DNA of 40,645 bases from contig JAGVBM010000338.1 in assembly GCA_020059765.1 (NCBI GenBank), positions 1-40,645 of the forward strand, written 5' to 3'. The position numbers and the translations under genes were made by a program. How positions within the stretch are numbered: position 1 is the stretch's first letter; every line of letters begins with the position of its first letter. Source of the DNA: Bacillota bacterium. GTDB lineage: Bacteria; Bacillota; Bacilli; Tumebacillales; Effusibacillaceae. The notes below the pieces were generated by a model. The model saw nothing but the letters and a program-made list of their open reading frames with translations, was not told where the DNA came from and made no database searches. This document shows, piece by piece, positions 1-9,093 of this stretch.

Positions 1-28
1 GTCTCTAGTGCTAAGGCTCCAAGGATTC

Positions 29-394
29 TTATCCCCCTGTACCCATTATCTTCCTCCGCCCCTTCACGCTATTACAGCGAATGCAGGCAGGCTGATGATT
101 TTCCGGGGCCCAGAACCTCGGATCATCAGGTCCGTTCGGTGGGTCAATGTGATCGACGCACTTTGATAAATGAGTACATCCCGGGAGTTGCAGCCTGCAA
201 AATACATTCTCTGGTTGTCGAAGAAACCACGTGCTGTATCGTCTCCATCTCGATGTGTACCCGCGTTCATGTGCCGTCCCCCGCACCCGGTCATGCTTCG
301 CTGCCGCCTCTCGTTTATGCTGTTCGCAGTAACGCTCTCGGGTCAGGTTCGGACAGCGTGGATAGCTGCAGGGTTTTTGTGGTTTCACGGGCAT
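29..394 (-). CDS. HNH endonuclease (terminase-associated, cos phage type)
   Basis: CSYPRCP...YCEQH N-terminus, RGY..RW, VDHIDP...ENHQPACIRCNSVK; adjacent to terS across the genome end. Confidence 0.92.
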   Translation of the reverse strand: MPVKPQKPCSYPRCPNLTRERYCEQHKREAAAKHDRVRGTAHERGYTSRWRRYSTWFLRQPENVFCRLQLPGCTHLSKCVDHIDPPNGPDDPRFWAPENHQPACIRCNSVKGRRKIMGTGG

Positions 395-495
395 GTCACT
401 TCACCGTCCATCCAGTTCTGTTCACACACCGCCAAAAGGGGCACACAACCTTCGTTCCAGCATCACTTTTCCAGACGCGCCAGTGGAAACTGCAG

Positions 496-816
496 TTAGT
501 CCGATTTACTTAAGCAACTACAAGGAATACAAAACTCAAAAGAAACTTTGTCTCCTGCAAAGTACAAAGATTTTATGGAGGTCGAATAATCGACCTCTTT
601 CTTTTTGGCAAAATCATCAAAGCACGCCAGGCATACTACTCGATTTTGGTATTTTGGCGGTACGACACGATGCCAAACCTGATCATCTACATTAAAATTA
701 AATTTATCTCTGCAACCGCAAACTTTACACCTTTGACGTAATGTAAACCACGCCTTGTAATGTATCCGAAACCACCTGATCGGTAGTACAAAGAAATGTT
801 CTACCCAACGACTCAC
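496..816 (-). CDS. Cys-rich hypothetical protein (CxxC...CxxC), AT-rich moron-like
   Basis: GTG start with GAGGTG RBS; CKVC and CLAC pairs; lower GC than flanks. Confidence 0.6.
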   Translation of the reverse strand: MSRWVEHFFVLPIRWFRIHYKAWFTLRQRCKVCGCRDKFNFNVDDQVWHRVVPPKYQNRVVCLACFDDFAKKKEVDYSTSIKSLYFAGDKVSFEFCIPCSCLSKSD

Positions 817-887
817 ATGATTCACCTCATCATATTTATTGCTCTTTTGACAACTAAACATTCACATTACTTTGGTTCGATTAATAT

Positions 888-1010
888 CGGGCGATTGTTC
901 CGCTCGCCCGGGCGCCCGCGATCCGGACCTTACACCGATGCGGTCACGGTGTAAAGGGAGGAGGGGCCGGGCACTACGATCACCCTGTCGCCCTCTTTAG
1001 CAGGTCCGGC
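888..1010 (-). ncRNA. Candidate structured RNA in late-operon leader
   Basis: Stems CCGGACCT/AGGTCCGG, GAGGG/CCCTC, TACACCG/CGGTGTA and CGGGCGA/TCGCCCG in an ORF-free GC-rich island. Confidence 0.5.
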
Positions 1011-1089
1011 GTAATCTATGTTGTTTCCAAGTTGTCGCAATCATGACAAGTTTTCTCAGCTTGTCGCATTTTGAGAAAGATATACCCTC

Positions 1090-1575
1090 TTACATATAGG
1101 TGGCAAACGGGCGACAAATCTTTTTGTGTTTGAGTAATTTCTTGTCTGCCCTGGTCAAAATGTTGTTTACAGTGCCCTTCTCAACTCTCAAAAGCCTTGC
1201 AATTTCACTTCTTGATAAACACTGCCCGCGGGCCATGAGAAACACTTCTCTTTCCAGTTTGGAGAGGCACTGTAAGGCTGCCTCGATCCGTTCTCTCTCG
1301 GATTCCGTGATCGAACCTGCCTGCCCAATCACATTTGCAATAAAATATTTTTGGTATTTCAGCGGGTCATCAGTAAGGACCTCACGTTGATAGGCTGCTC
1401 GTCTTTCAATGCCGCGTTTGTTTCCCGGTCTTCGTCCAGTCTGCATCCATTCAATCGCATATTGCAGATCACTAGTCATACTTTCCAGGTGTTCACGATC
1501 TTCGAAATTCGCTTTCAGTTGCAGCGCCCGAACAATCTTCAACGACTCCCGGTATTGTTTTCTCAATTTCTTCAT
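1090..1575 (-). CDS. Xpf-like phage late sigma factor / positive control factor (sigma-70 region 4)
   Basis: DLQYAIEWMQTGRRPGNKRGIERRAAYQR and C-terminal HTH LSRSEIARLLRVEKGTV resemble PBSX Xpf; last early gene before the late operon. Confidence 0.82.
   Translation of the reverse strand: MKKLRKQYRESLKIVRALQLKANFEDREHLESMTSDLQYAIEWMQTGRRPGNKRGIERRAAYQREVLTDDPLKYQKYFIANVIGQAGSITESERERIEAALQCLSKLEREVFLMARGQCLSRSEIARLLRVEKGTVNNILTRADKKLLKHKKICRPFATYM
1092..1120 (-). promoter_or_regulatory. Putative Xpf-dependent late promoter element TTTGTCGCCCGTTTGCCACCTATA
   Basis: At the 3' end of the xpf-like gene; resembles, from recall, the TTGTC..CGTTTGCCACCTATA sequence following PBSX xpf. Confidence 0.5.
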
Positions 1576-1609
1576 TCCCATCACCCCGCATGTTATAATG
1601 GGTTTGATA

Positions 1610-1623
1610 GGAACGTTCGTTTG
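1610..1623. promoter_or_regulatory. Putative LexA/DinR box upstream of the late sigma factor
   Basis: GGAACGTTCGTTTG, near match to Bacillota GAAC-N4-GTTC. Confidence 0.5.
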
Positions 1624-1656
1624 CCCTGGCCAACCTCTCCCCAGAGATCCGGGGCC

Positions 1657-2163
1657 TTATTTTTGATCAGTCATAAACTTGATGGCTTGTTCAGACGCGT
1701 CCTTCAGTTTTTGAAAGTCCTCCACGTTGCCGCCGGCATCCGGATGTAACTGCTTTGCCAACGTCCTGAACCTATCCCTGACTTCTTCAACGCTATCCGG
1801 AATCCGATCGAAACCCAAGAATCTTAAAAAACTCGGTACCTCAATTGCTGGCGGCAGAAACTTCATTCCAGCAACCCACGTGCTTAAGTCATAGATCCCA
1901 CGTTCCACCATTCGTGCCAAGTCTTCGAGGGCTAAAACAACCTGCGCAAATACATCCGAACCGTATCGGAGTTCTATCCCCCGTGATTTCGCCTTTTCCA
2001 CGCTGTGTTCGAAACGGTATAGTTCCCCTTTGTATCGGAACTCGATCCAGCAACCATGGCGGTCCCAATTGAAATTAAATTCTTTAATACCTAAGCGTTC
2101 CATCACTTTTTCCAGTTTCTTTTCATAGGTTGCCGCATCACCGTATTGTTTCTTGATTGCCAT
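1657..2163 (-). CDS. J-domain (DnaJ-like) containing protein
   Basis: C-terminal FRTLAKQLHPDAGG...FQKLKDA with HPD motif; ATG at 2163 with GAGG RBS. Confidence 0.8.
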   Translation of the reverse strand: MAIKKQYGDAATYEKKLEKVMERLGIKEFNFNWDRHGCWIEFRYKGELYRFEHSVEKAKSRGIELRYGSDVFAQVVLALEDLARMVERGIYDLSTWVAGMKFLPPAIEVPSFLRFLGFDRIPDSVEEVRDRFRTLAKQLHPDAGGNVEDFQKLKDASEQAIKFMTDQK

Positions 2164-2929
2164 CCCTACCCTCCTCGCATTTCTGATCAGCGATATAAAA
2201 GTTTCCCCATTCGTCCCGGGTCGGAAATCCGTCTGGACCAGCCGCTCGAACCTGATGTGCAGTACCGCACCCGAAGCAACCGATGATCTTGATTCCCTCC
2301 GGGATGTACATATTGGCTTTCTTACCACATCCCTGGTTCTTGCAATACAAACGCACCTTATAATGCGGCGCTCCGTTTTTCATCTTAATGCCGGTTCTCC
2401 AATATTCCGGCTCCGCCGCCGGTGCAACGGATGCATCTTCCGCAGCCGCCTGCTCCCGGAACCAGAAGTATTGGCATTGACCGTCTGGAACCGGATCCTC
2501 AAGCGACGGGACACCGGCCATCATCATCGTCTTCCTGGCCGAACAGTCTGCATGTCCCGGCTTGTCCCCGATCCGGCAAGTCTTACAGTGAACCTCGATG
2601 TATGTCTCGGCCAGGTTACCCCAAGCTTCCAGCGGGATATGCGCTACGGTTGCGCTTTCTGCGAATTTCTTGTATTCTCCTTTGGGGATCAGTGTCAGCG
2701 ATGAATCCCGATAGAGTTTGGCGACCTTCAGGAACTCTTCGTCTGCACACTGTCCCTCAATCAGATTGTTGGCCCTGGTTAAAAAACTTTTCGTCTTTTT
2801 CAATTCCGTCAGCCACTCTTTTGGCCTTCCGTGTTCGGTCCAGTCCTCAATGATCTTGGCCAGTCGTTCTTCAAATGCTGACAGGTAGATCATCGATTCC
2901 CGATCCACTTTGGTGAAGTACCGCGTCAT
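2138..2929 (-). CDS. Hypothetical protein with Cys clusters and C-terminal Zn-ribbon
   Basis: 263 aa; CKTC, YCKNQGC, CFGC; RBS GGGGTG. Confidence 0.7.
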   Translation of the reverse strand: MTRYFTKVDRESMIYLSAFEERLAKIIEDWTEHGRPKEWLTELKKTKSFLTRANNLIEGQCADEEFLKVAKLYRDSSLTLIPKGEYKKFAESATVAHIPLEAWGNLAETYIEVHCKTCRIGDKPGHADCSARKTMMMAGVPSLEDPVPDGQCQYFWFREQAAAEDASVAPAAEPEYWRTGIKMKNGAPHYKVRLYCKNQGCGKKANMYIPEGIKIIGCFGCGTAHQVRAAGPDGFPTRDEWGNFYIADQKCEEGRDGNQETIR

Positions 2930-2945
2930 TGAAATTCACCCCTTC

Positions 2946-3107
2946 CTATGCGCACCTGGTGAGTGTCCGAATCCTCATTTCCCTCTGTACATATTGCTCG
3001 AACGTCATCTCCAAGATCCACGGTTGATTTTTGGCAACGTACTCACTGCTGTAGAACTCACCTAAGCTGTTCAGGAGATCATCCGGAATCAAAATCAGAT
3101 CGTTCAC
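2946..3107 (-). CDS. Small hypothetical protein
   Basis: GTG start with GGAGG RBS, overlaps the upstream stop; ...MTFEQYV motif. Confidence 0.6.
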   Translation of the reverse strand: MNDLILIPDDLLNSLGEFYSSEYVAKNQPWILEMTFEQYVQREMRIRTLTRCA

Positions 3108-3289
3108 GCTGTCCCCTCCTTTCCCGTGTGCAATTTGAACAACAATCCATACGCATCCGACTTTGCTCGAACACACGAGTGACAGAGTCGTTCGGGTTCT
3201 ATCAGCTCCACCCATCCGTTACGTCCTTCCGGAAGCGGGATGTGTTTTACTTGGTGCGCATCCGGTCCGCCGCATTCCTGACAGATCAT
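3104..3289 (-). CDS. Small Zn-finger hypothetical protein
   Basis: CQEC...CHSC; ATGA coupling to upstream gene. Confidence 0.65.
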   Translation of the reverse strand: MICQECGGPDAHQVKHIPLPEGRNGWVELIEPERLCHSCVRAKSDAYGLLFKLHTGKEGTA

Positions 3290-3498
3290 TCAACCACTCC
3301 TTTCGAAACAATCGGATCCAACTTCTCGATCGCAATCTCCAAGTGTTCTCTAACGTCTGAAATCGTATGTTGAACTTCCAAATCCCGTCCGTTCACAACC
3401 AAGTAAACATTGAGAGTTTCGATAGACTTGATTGTCTTCTGCAGCTGCCGGTGAATCGAATCAATTCGCCCCTGTTCGTGTTTGTTCGGTTGGCTCAC
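3286..3498 (-). CDS. Hypothetical coiled-coil protein
   Basis: 70-aa ORF in a tightly packed operon. Confidence 0.6.
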   Translation of the reverse strand: MSQPNKHEQGRIDSIHRQLQKTIKSIETLNVYLVVNGRDLEVQHTISDVREHLEIAIEKLDPIVSKGVVE

Positions 3499-4267
3499 GT
3501 GAGATCCCCGCCTTCCAGTCCAGATTTTTATATCCCATCCGTTCCAACTTCCCGCGAACTCCTAACGCACTTTTTCCGAGTTTCGCGGCAATCGTATCGA
3601 TGCTGTACCCTTTCCGGAATAACTCAAGCAGCTGCTCAATCTCTTGCTCCGTATACTTGACGTGATTGTTCAGTCTTACCGGTCGGGCTTTGATGTTGAG
3701 ATCTTGCAGTCTCCGTTTCACCGCTCCTTCCGATCGTCTCAAGGCTTTTGCAATTTCCGGATAGGTGTACTGATAGGCTTTCACCATGCTGATCAATAAT
3801 CGATCATCCTCTTTGGTCCACGGTCGGCAGCCTTTGTTGTACTTCAACTGGTCCGCTTTCCGCTTTTCTTTTACCCATTCCGGCTCCGGGCCCAGAATAT
3901 TCGGCTCCACTCTTGCAAAGTTCAGCAGATGCTTGTATTCTTCTGCCCACTTCCAAAAGTCTTCGTATCTGACAACCAAGATCGGTTTCTCGTTGGCAAA
4001 CACTTTACTCTTGGCGGGGAATCCGTATCGTTTAATCCAATGCTTTACCAGGCTGTAGGACGTGTTGATTGCCAGAGCCAATTGGTTCACTGTGATCCCA
4101 TCGTAGGAAAGAAGATTTCGACCCAATCCAAGGCGATCAGCTTTTATTTTGACAGCATTCACGCTTTTGCCTAAGTATTTTGCGATCGCCTTAATGCTCA
4201 CAGCTCCCCATCTTTCCTCGAGATACTCGACCTGATCTTTTGGCCATGCTGCAGGCATTTTGATCAC
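3461..4267 (-). CDS. Multi-HTH / Myb-like repeat DNA-binding protein
   Basis: Repeated W/YTxxE...IAxxLGKS/RS...V...LG units. Confidence 0.7.
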   Translation of the reverse strand: MIKMPAAWPKDQVEYLEERWGAVSIKAIAKYLGKSVNAVKIKADRLGLGRNLLSYDGITVNQLALAINTSYSLVKHWIKRYGFPAKSKVFANEKPILVVRYEDFWKWAEEYKHLLNFARVEPNILGPEPEWVKEKRKADQLKYNKGCRPWTKEDDRLLISMVKAYQYTYPEIAKALRRSEGAVKRRLQDLNIKARPVRLNNHVKYTEQEIEQLLELFRKGYSIDTIAAKLGKSALGVRGKLERMGYKNLDWKAGISREPTEQTRTGAN

Positions 4268-5676
4268 CCCTCCCTCTCCGTTACTCTCGAAATTCTTGCC
4301 TTCAATGCGCTCATCAATCGGTCTTGCGTACCGCTCTTATCCTCCAGCGCTGAGATCACGTCCTCATCGACGCCACCCTCGACAGCCAGATGGTGCACGA
4401 TCACTTTTTCCGTTTGCCCCTGCCGATGCAGCCTTTTGTTGGCCTGTTGATACAACTCCAACGACCAGTTAAGCCCAAACCATATCACGTGATTGCCGCC
4501 CTGCTGCAGGTTAAGGCCGTAAGCGGCGCTGGCCGGATGCGCGAGAAGTATGTCAATCTTCCGGTCGTTCCAGTCCGTTTCGTCCTGCGGCCCTTTCAAT
4601 TCTCGGACCCGCAGTCCGGATCCCGATAACGCTTTTTTGATTCGGGCAAGATCATGCTGGAAGTTATAAAATACTAATGCTGGTTTTCCGTTCAGCCCTT
4701 CCACAAGCTCCAAAAACGCCTCGATCTTGCTCCGGTGGATCTCAACAACTTCTCGGTTTTCGTTGTATACTGCCCCGTTGCACAGCTGTAGCAGTTTGTT
4801 CGTCAACACTGCCGCAGTGCCAACGTCGATCGTCGTCTCGTCCACCTCAAGCAGCATTTCGCGTTCCAGTGTTTTGTACGCTTCCTGGGCCTTGCTGTCC
4901 AACACGACGGGTACAGTGATCGGGAGGTAATCCGGTAACTCCAGATAATCCTCTGCCTTCATGCTCACGCAGATATCACCGACCAGCTGCTGAATCACAT
5001 CGTCGGCTCCCGGTTTTGGCGCGTAGCTGAAAACATGATCCCGATCGCGCTGGTCCGGCTCAAAGTACCTCTCCCGGAATCCACCGATCGTCTTACCCAA
5101 CCGCTCACCTTGATCAAGCAGGTACACCTGCGCCCACAGATCCAGAAGCCCATTCGGGGCCGGGGTACCCGTCAGCCCAACAATCCGCTTTATGTGTTTT
5201 CGTACCCATGTCAGCGCCTTGAATCGCTTCGCCTGATGGTTCTTGAAGGACGAAAATTCATCCACCACAACCATGTCAAACGGCCAGGCGTTGCGGTAAT
5301 ATTCCACCAACCACGGTACGTTTTCCCGGTTGATGACGTAGATGTCTGCCGGTGTATTCAACGCCCGAACTCTCTTTTGCCAAGGTCCAAGTGCCGGAAC
5401 GATCCGAAGCAATTGCAGGTGTTCCCACTTTTCGGCCTCTCGGCTCCAAGTCGACTCGGCCACCTTCTTTGGGGCGATAACCAGCACTTTGTTCACGGCA
5501 AATCGGTTGTATTTCAGGTCGTTAACGGCAGTCAGCGTAATGACAGTCTTCCCAAGCCCCATGTCGAGAAAAAGTCCTAAAGCCTCGTCGGTCAGCAGCC
5601 GGCTGATGCAATACCGTTGGTAGGCGTGCGGAATGAATTTGATTCGCGGTTTGATGTTTTGTGCGGTTGCAGCCAT
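4264..5676 (-). CDS. SNF2-family helicase
   Basis: DMGLGKT Walker A, VVVDEFS, LTGTP, GLNLQ, RLHRQGQ. Confidence 0.93.
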   Translation of the reverse strand: MAATAQNIKPRIKFIPHAYQRYCISRLLTDEALGLFLDMGLGKTVITLTAVNDLKYNRFAVNKVLVIAPKKVAESTWSREAEKWEHLQLLRIVPALGPWQKRVRALNTPADIYVINRENVPWLVEYYRNAWPFDMVVVDEFSSFKNHQAKRFKALTWVRKHIKRIVGLTGTPAPNGLLDLWAQVYLLDQGERLGKTIGGFRERYFEPDQRDRDHVFSYAPKPGADDVIQQLVGDICVSMKAEDYLELPDYLPITVPVVLDSKAQEAYKTLEREMLLEVDETTIDVGTAAVLTNKLLQLCNGAVYNENREVVEIHRSKIEAFLELVEGLNGKPALVFYNFQHDLARIKKALSGSGLRVRELKGPQDETDWNDRKIDILLAHPASAAYGLNLQQGGNHVIWFGLNWSLELYQQANKRLHRQGQTEKVIVHHLAVEGGVDEDVISALEDKSGTQDRLMSALKARISRVTEREG

Positions 5677-5687
5677 ACTGATTCCTC

Positions 5688-5987
5688 CTACTGGACGGCG
5701 CTACTGTACTTCCGGATAAACTCATCCACACCTTGCTTGCTATCGATCACAACCACTGGGAAACCGAGTTTCCGGATCTTCTCCCCCTGTGCTTGCTGCA
5801 GCAAGGTCGGCTTTTTCCCGGGCGCTTTCAACTCTGCAAAAGCCGCCCGGCCACCCGGGAATAACACCAGCCGGTCAGGCACTCCGGCGTTACCGGGCGA
5901 CACGAATTTATACGCCCGCCCCCCTGCAGCCCTGACTCGCTCCCGGAGATATTGTTCGATGCCTCGCTCCCGCACGATCGATTTCAT
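5688..5987 (-). CDS. VRR-NUC domain nuclease
   Basis: KFVSPGNAGVPDRL...AELKAPG. Confidence 0.92.
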   Translation of the reverse strand: MKSIVRERGIEQYLRERVRAAGGRAYKFVSPGNAGVPDRLVLFPGGRAAFAELKAPGKKPTLLQQAQGEKIRKLGFPVVVIDSKQGVDEFIRKYSSAVQ

Positions 5988-6013
5988 CCCTTGATACCCT
6001 CCCATGCTCACAT

Positions 6014-6275
6014 TGACACTTTGACGAAAAATCCCTATATATACGCGCGTATAGGCGTATTAGGCGTATGGTATAATACTTTCTCTTTGTTTTTTATGTT
6101 TAATAGATTAAGTGTCAATAGTGTCAATAAAATAGAATAATCCTTTATTTCATGCAGTTTTTTCGATTGACACTTTTATTGACACTTCGATTGACACTTT
6201 AAAATCTGTCAATAAATATTCTGAAAATTGATTGACACTTTAAAATCTGTCAATCGCGAAGTGTCAAGTGTCAAT
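6014..6275. repeat. Iteron-like TTGACA(CT) repeat cluster; putative replication origin
   Basis: About 11 direct/inverted copies of TTGACA/TGTCAA; 25-bp direct repeat GATTGACACTTTAAAATCTGTCAAT at 6189 and 6230; AT-rich; just downstream of the primase-helicase. Confidence 0.7.
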
Positions 6276-8678
6276 AAGCTGTTTTCTCTTGAATCCACGC
6301 TGCACATTATAGGGGCCGAAAAGTCCTCTATAGGGTTCCCATTCTGGAATCGAGGCCAGTATTCCATTGATCTCGCGTGCATCCGCCTGCTTCATGTATT
6401 TGATATCTGCTCGGAAACATTCGCACCAAATCTCTGCGGCGCATATTCGGTCGCGCGGCCCCGTAGGGCTTTCATGGGGCTTTCCGAACTCTCCAGACCA
6501 GTGCAGTAGTCTCGTCGCTATGTCTCTTTTGTCCCAATCAGGAGGAATCGGTCTTGCCGCGAAAGCCCTGATAATGCCCTCCTTGGTACTCGTTTCCCTG
6601 TGCGCTTCCTGTTGTTGCTTCGCTATTTCTTCTGCATCTCCGGATAAATATAGAGGCTCCCCCAGCTGCCAGCGAACAAAAGCTTCCGCATAGATCTGAT
6701 CGACTTCACCTTCCAGATCACGAAAAACGCTCTTTGTTGGCGTAAGCAGTCCGACATCTACTGGCCAGAAACGCCTGTTTCCAGTGCGATCCCGGAGAAA
6801 TTCGCTGTCATTGGTTGTACCGAAGAAGACGCACCGGCGCGGATATGGCATCGTGCGCTTGCCATATGCCTCCCGGAATATATCTTCCGTTCGGCTGAGA
6901 AATTGCTTGACGGCGTTCGCTTCAGATTTGGTCATCCCGGTCAATTCCCCGATTTCGTTGACCCAGATGCCCTGGATCATTTCGGAAGCTTCTTTGCCTT
7001 CGAACGTTTGCAAACTGTCGGAGTACCATCTCTTGCCCAGCAGTCGTAAAAACGTGCTTTTCCCTAGTCCCTGCGGCCCGGCTAGAATCGGCATATAATC
7101 ATATTTGACGCCCGGTTGCATGGCTCTGGCGACGGCTGCAGTGAATGATTTACGAGACACGGCCCTCGTGTAGACATTGTCCTCCGCGCCCAAGTAATCC
7201 CGCAGTAATGTATCCAACCGAGGCACACCGTCCCAGCTTAATCCTTCCAAGTAACTCTTGACGTCATTAAACCGATTCTTATGCGAAACCAGCTTTAGCG
7301 CGTGATTGATTTTAGTTTCAACACCGAGCCCGTATACTCTCTCCAAATAGTGATAGATGCCGGAATCATCAGTATCACTCCACACCCTTCGCTCATTTCG
7401 GTCATCCCACGGAAGCGTACCCAGCACAAGTCCTCGGTTTGAAAATTCGTCATACGCAATCTTCCCCTTCAGCAGCGGATCATTTTCTAGGATGATCAGT
7501 ACATTGTCTGTCGTCTTGGCTGGAGTGCCGGTGGTTTTGCTGACGGCTAATTTACCGATCCAGTTAGCGTTATCATCCGGTAGTGTGGAAAACTCCTGCG
7601 TAGCTTGTTCGTATCGTTCCTGATTCAGCAGAGCCGTCACAGATGCGTCACTCACAGCAAACTCACACATGGCTGTGTAGGACGGCAGTTTGTTTGTTGG
7701 TGTGTCTTGTTTCGCGTCGTCGTCCAGATCCCCAAAGCGATGCAGCCGGATCAGATCAAACGCGTTGACCAGCCGTCCGCTGCACGGATCTGTGGCATGA
7801 TGAGAGTAGAGGAAAGCGCCGTTGTCGTAAATCACGGCCCCGCCTGTTGTGCTGCCGCCGGTATATGTAAGCCTTCCTGTTCCGTCATCGGTCGGCGCGT
7901 ATTCACCAGGCAGGAAGATTTCCACGGCCCTATAAATGTCATACGTTTTGCAGAAAGCACCGACGATGCCGTTTTTCGTCGTCGGGTCCCCTTGTTTTGC
8001 TGCGAGCCGGACATGCGCTTGCTGTACCCCCGGAACCTCCGGCCATTCGGCCACGTTGCGCCAGTCCGTATACATCGCCAGAAGGCCGTCAGCATCCAGG
8101 AATGGTTTGTCCCCGAAATGATAGATATATTGACTGTCCGCACTACAGGAGGGCCAATACATGAGCCGTGACGCCTCAAATGTGGTCGGATCGCACAGTT
8201 CCATGCCGATAATGCTTGCCAGCTTTCGTGCCAGCGGCTCATACTCGTCTGCCGTGGCCGTACGGTTGAGCGGAACGAGAACCCGAAGCCTGGGCTTTGC
8301 TTCCTCGTGCTTACGGGTGGAGTATAGCGCGTAAGCGCACCCCAATCCGTCTATCCTCCGGAGGGCGTCTTGTGTTCCTCCCGGTTGAATATTGTCCAAG
8401 TCCAGGGTAATGATGTCTCTTCCCGAGACGTTGCTTGCCTTGCGCCGGTTTCCCGCCAGCGTACCGGCCACGAAACCTCCAACGTCTTTCAGGTCATCCT
8501 GTTTGGATTTTGGTAGTTTAAGATATTCTGCCAGCGTTTCAGTTCCTCGCGCGGGAGTGCGCAGCCGTTCGACAAGCTCCGACCAGTAGAGCCTTTGTGC
8601 AGGCCAGTGCGTCGCCTTGCGGCTGCCAGCGGCCGATATCGTTATTTGTCTGTCATATTGCAAAGCGATCACCTTCAT
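6264..8678 (-). CDS. Primase-helicase with virulence-associated protein E (VirE) ATPase domain
   Basis: N-terminal LDLD and YSTRKH...PRLR primase-like motifs; GPQGLGKST; GTTN...LRDRTGNRRFWP. Confidence 0.9.
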   Translation of the reverse strand: MKVIALQYDRQITISAAGSRKATHWPAQRLYWSELVERLRTPARGTETLAEYLKLPKSKQDDLKDVGGFVAGTLAGNRRKASNVSGRDIITLDLDNIQPGGTQDALRRIDGLGCAYALYSTRKHEEAKPRLRVLVPLNRTATADEYEPLARKLASIIGMELCDPTTFEASRLMYWPSCSADSQYIYHFGDKPFLDADGLLAMYTDWRNVAEWPEVPGVQQAHVRLAAKQGDPTTKNGIVGAFCKTYDIYRAVEIFLPGEYAPTDDGTGRLTYTGGSTTGGAVIYDNGAFLYSHHATDPCSGRLVNAFDLIRLHRFGDLDDDAKQDTPTNKLPSYTAMCEFAVSDASVTALLNQERYEQATQEFSTLPDDNANWIGKLAVSKTTGTPAKTTDNVLIILENDPLLKGKIAYDEFSNRGLVLGTLPWDDRNERRVWSDTDDSGIYHYLERVYGLGVETKINHALKLVSHKNRFNDVKSYLEGLSWDGVPRLDTLLRDYLGAEDNVYTRAVSRKSFTAAVARAMQPGVKYDYMPILAGPQGLGKSTFLRLLGKRWYSDSLQTFEGKEASEMIQGIWVNEIGELTGMTKSEANAVKQFLSRTEDIFREAYGKRTMPYPRRCVFFGTTNDSEFLRDRTGNRRFWPVDVGLLTPTKSVFRDLEGEVDQIYAEAFVRWQLGEPLYLSGDAEEIAKQQQEAHRETSTKEGIIRAFAARPIPPDWDKRDIATRLLHWSGEFGKPHESPTGPRDRICAAEIWCECFRADIKYMKQADAREINGILASIPEWEPYRGLFGPYNVQRGFKRKQLIDT

Positions 8679-8681
8679 TCA

Positions 8682-9071
8682 TCAGGGCATGGGACCAAGG
8701 TCAAACAGTTCGAGCGTTCCGCGTCCGCCATGTTTGGTTGTATATTCCATGACATACGTTCCACCCGATCCTCCAATCACTTGCGAGGATGTGATTTCAA
8801 TTCGTTTCCCGATCTGCTTCATGAAACCGTCCAGCACTCGCTTGTGGATGTATATAAGCTCCCCAGCATGGGCGGACGGCAGCTCTGATCGAGGACGAGA
8901 GCGCTGTTTCTTCAGCCATTCCCGACGTTTTGCTTCTTCGCGCCGCCGGGCCGCCATCTCTGCTTTCTCGTGATCCCGTTGTTGTTTGATCCGTTCTCGT
9001 TCGGCCTTTTGTTTTTCCCGCTCCGCCCGCTCCTGATCGAGCTGCGCTTTCGTTTTCCGCTTTGCCTTCAT
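8682..9071 (-). CDS. Hypothetical protein with basic coiled-coil N-terminus
   Basis: GGAGGG RBS; packed between polA and primase. Confidence 0.7.
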   Translation of the reverse strand: MKAKRKTKAQLDQERAEREKQKAERERIKQQRDHEKAEMAARRREEAKRREWLKKQRSRPRSELPSAHAGELIYIHKRVLDGFMKQIGKRIEITSSQVIGGSGGTYVMEYTTKHGGRGTLELFDLGPMP

Positions 9072-9093
9072 CCTATCCCCTCCGGGTCTCTTA

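Noticed and set aside
397-495. Small Cys-containing gene upstream of HNH (CSFHWRVW...CPFWRCV)
   Set aside because: No start codon or RBS before an in-frame upstream stop; at most a remnant
885-1012. Hammerhead or HDV-like ribozyme
   Set aside because: No CUGAnGA/GAAA core on either strand and I could not fit the HDV nested pseudoknot; kept only as an unclassified structure
6014-6275. CRISPR array or a cluster of SigA promoters
   Set aside because: Repeats are short, irregularly spaced and in both orientations, without unique spacers or consistently matched -10 boxes
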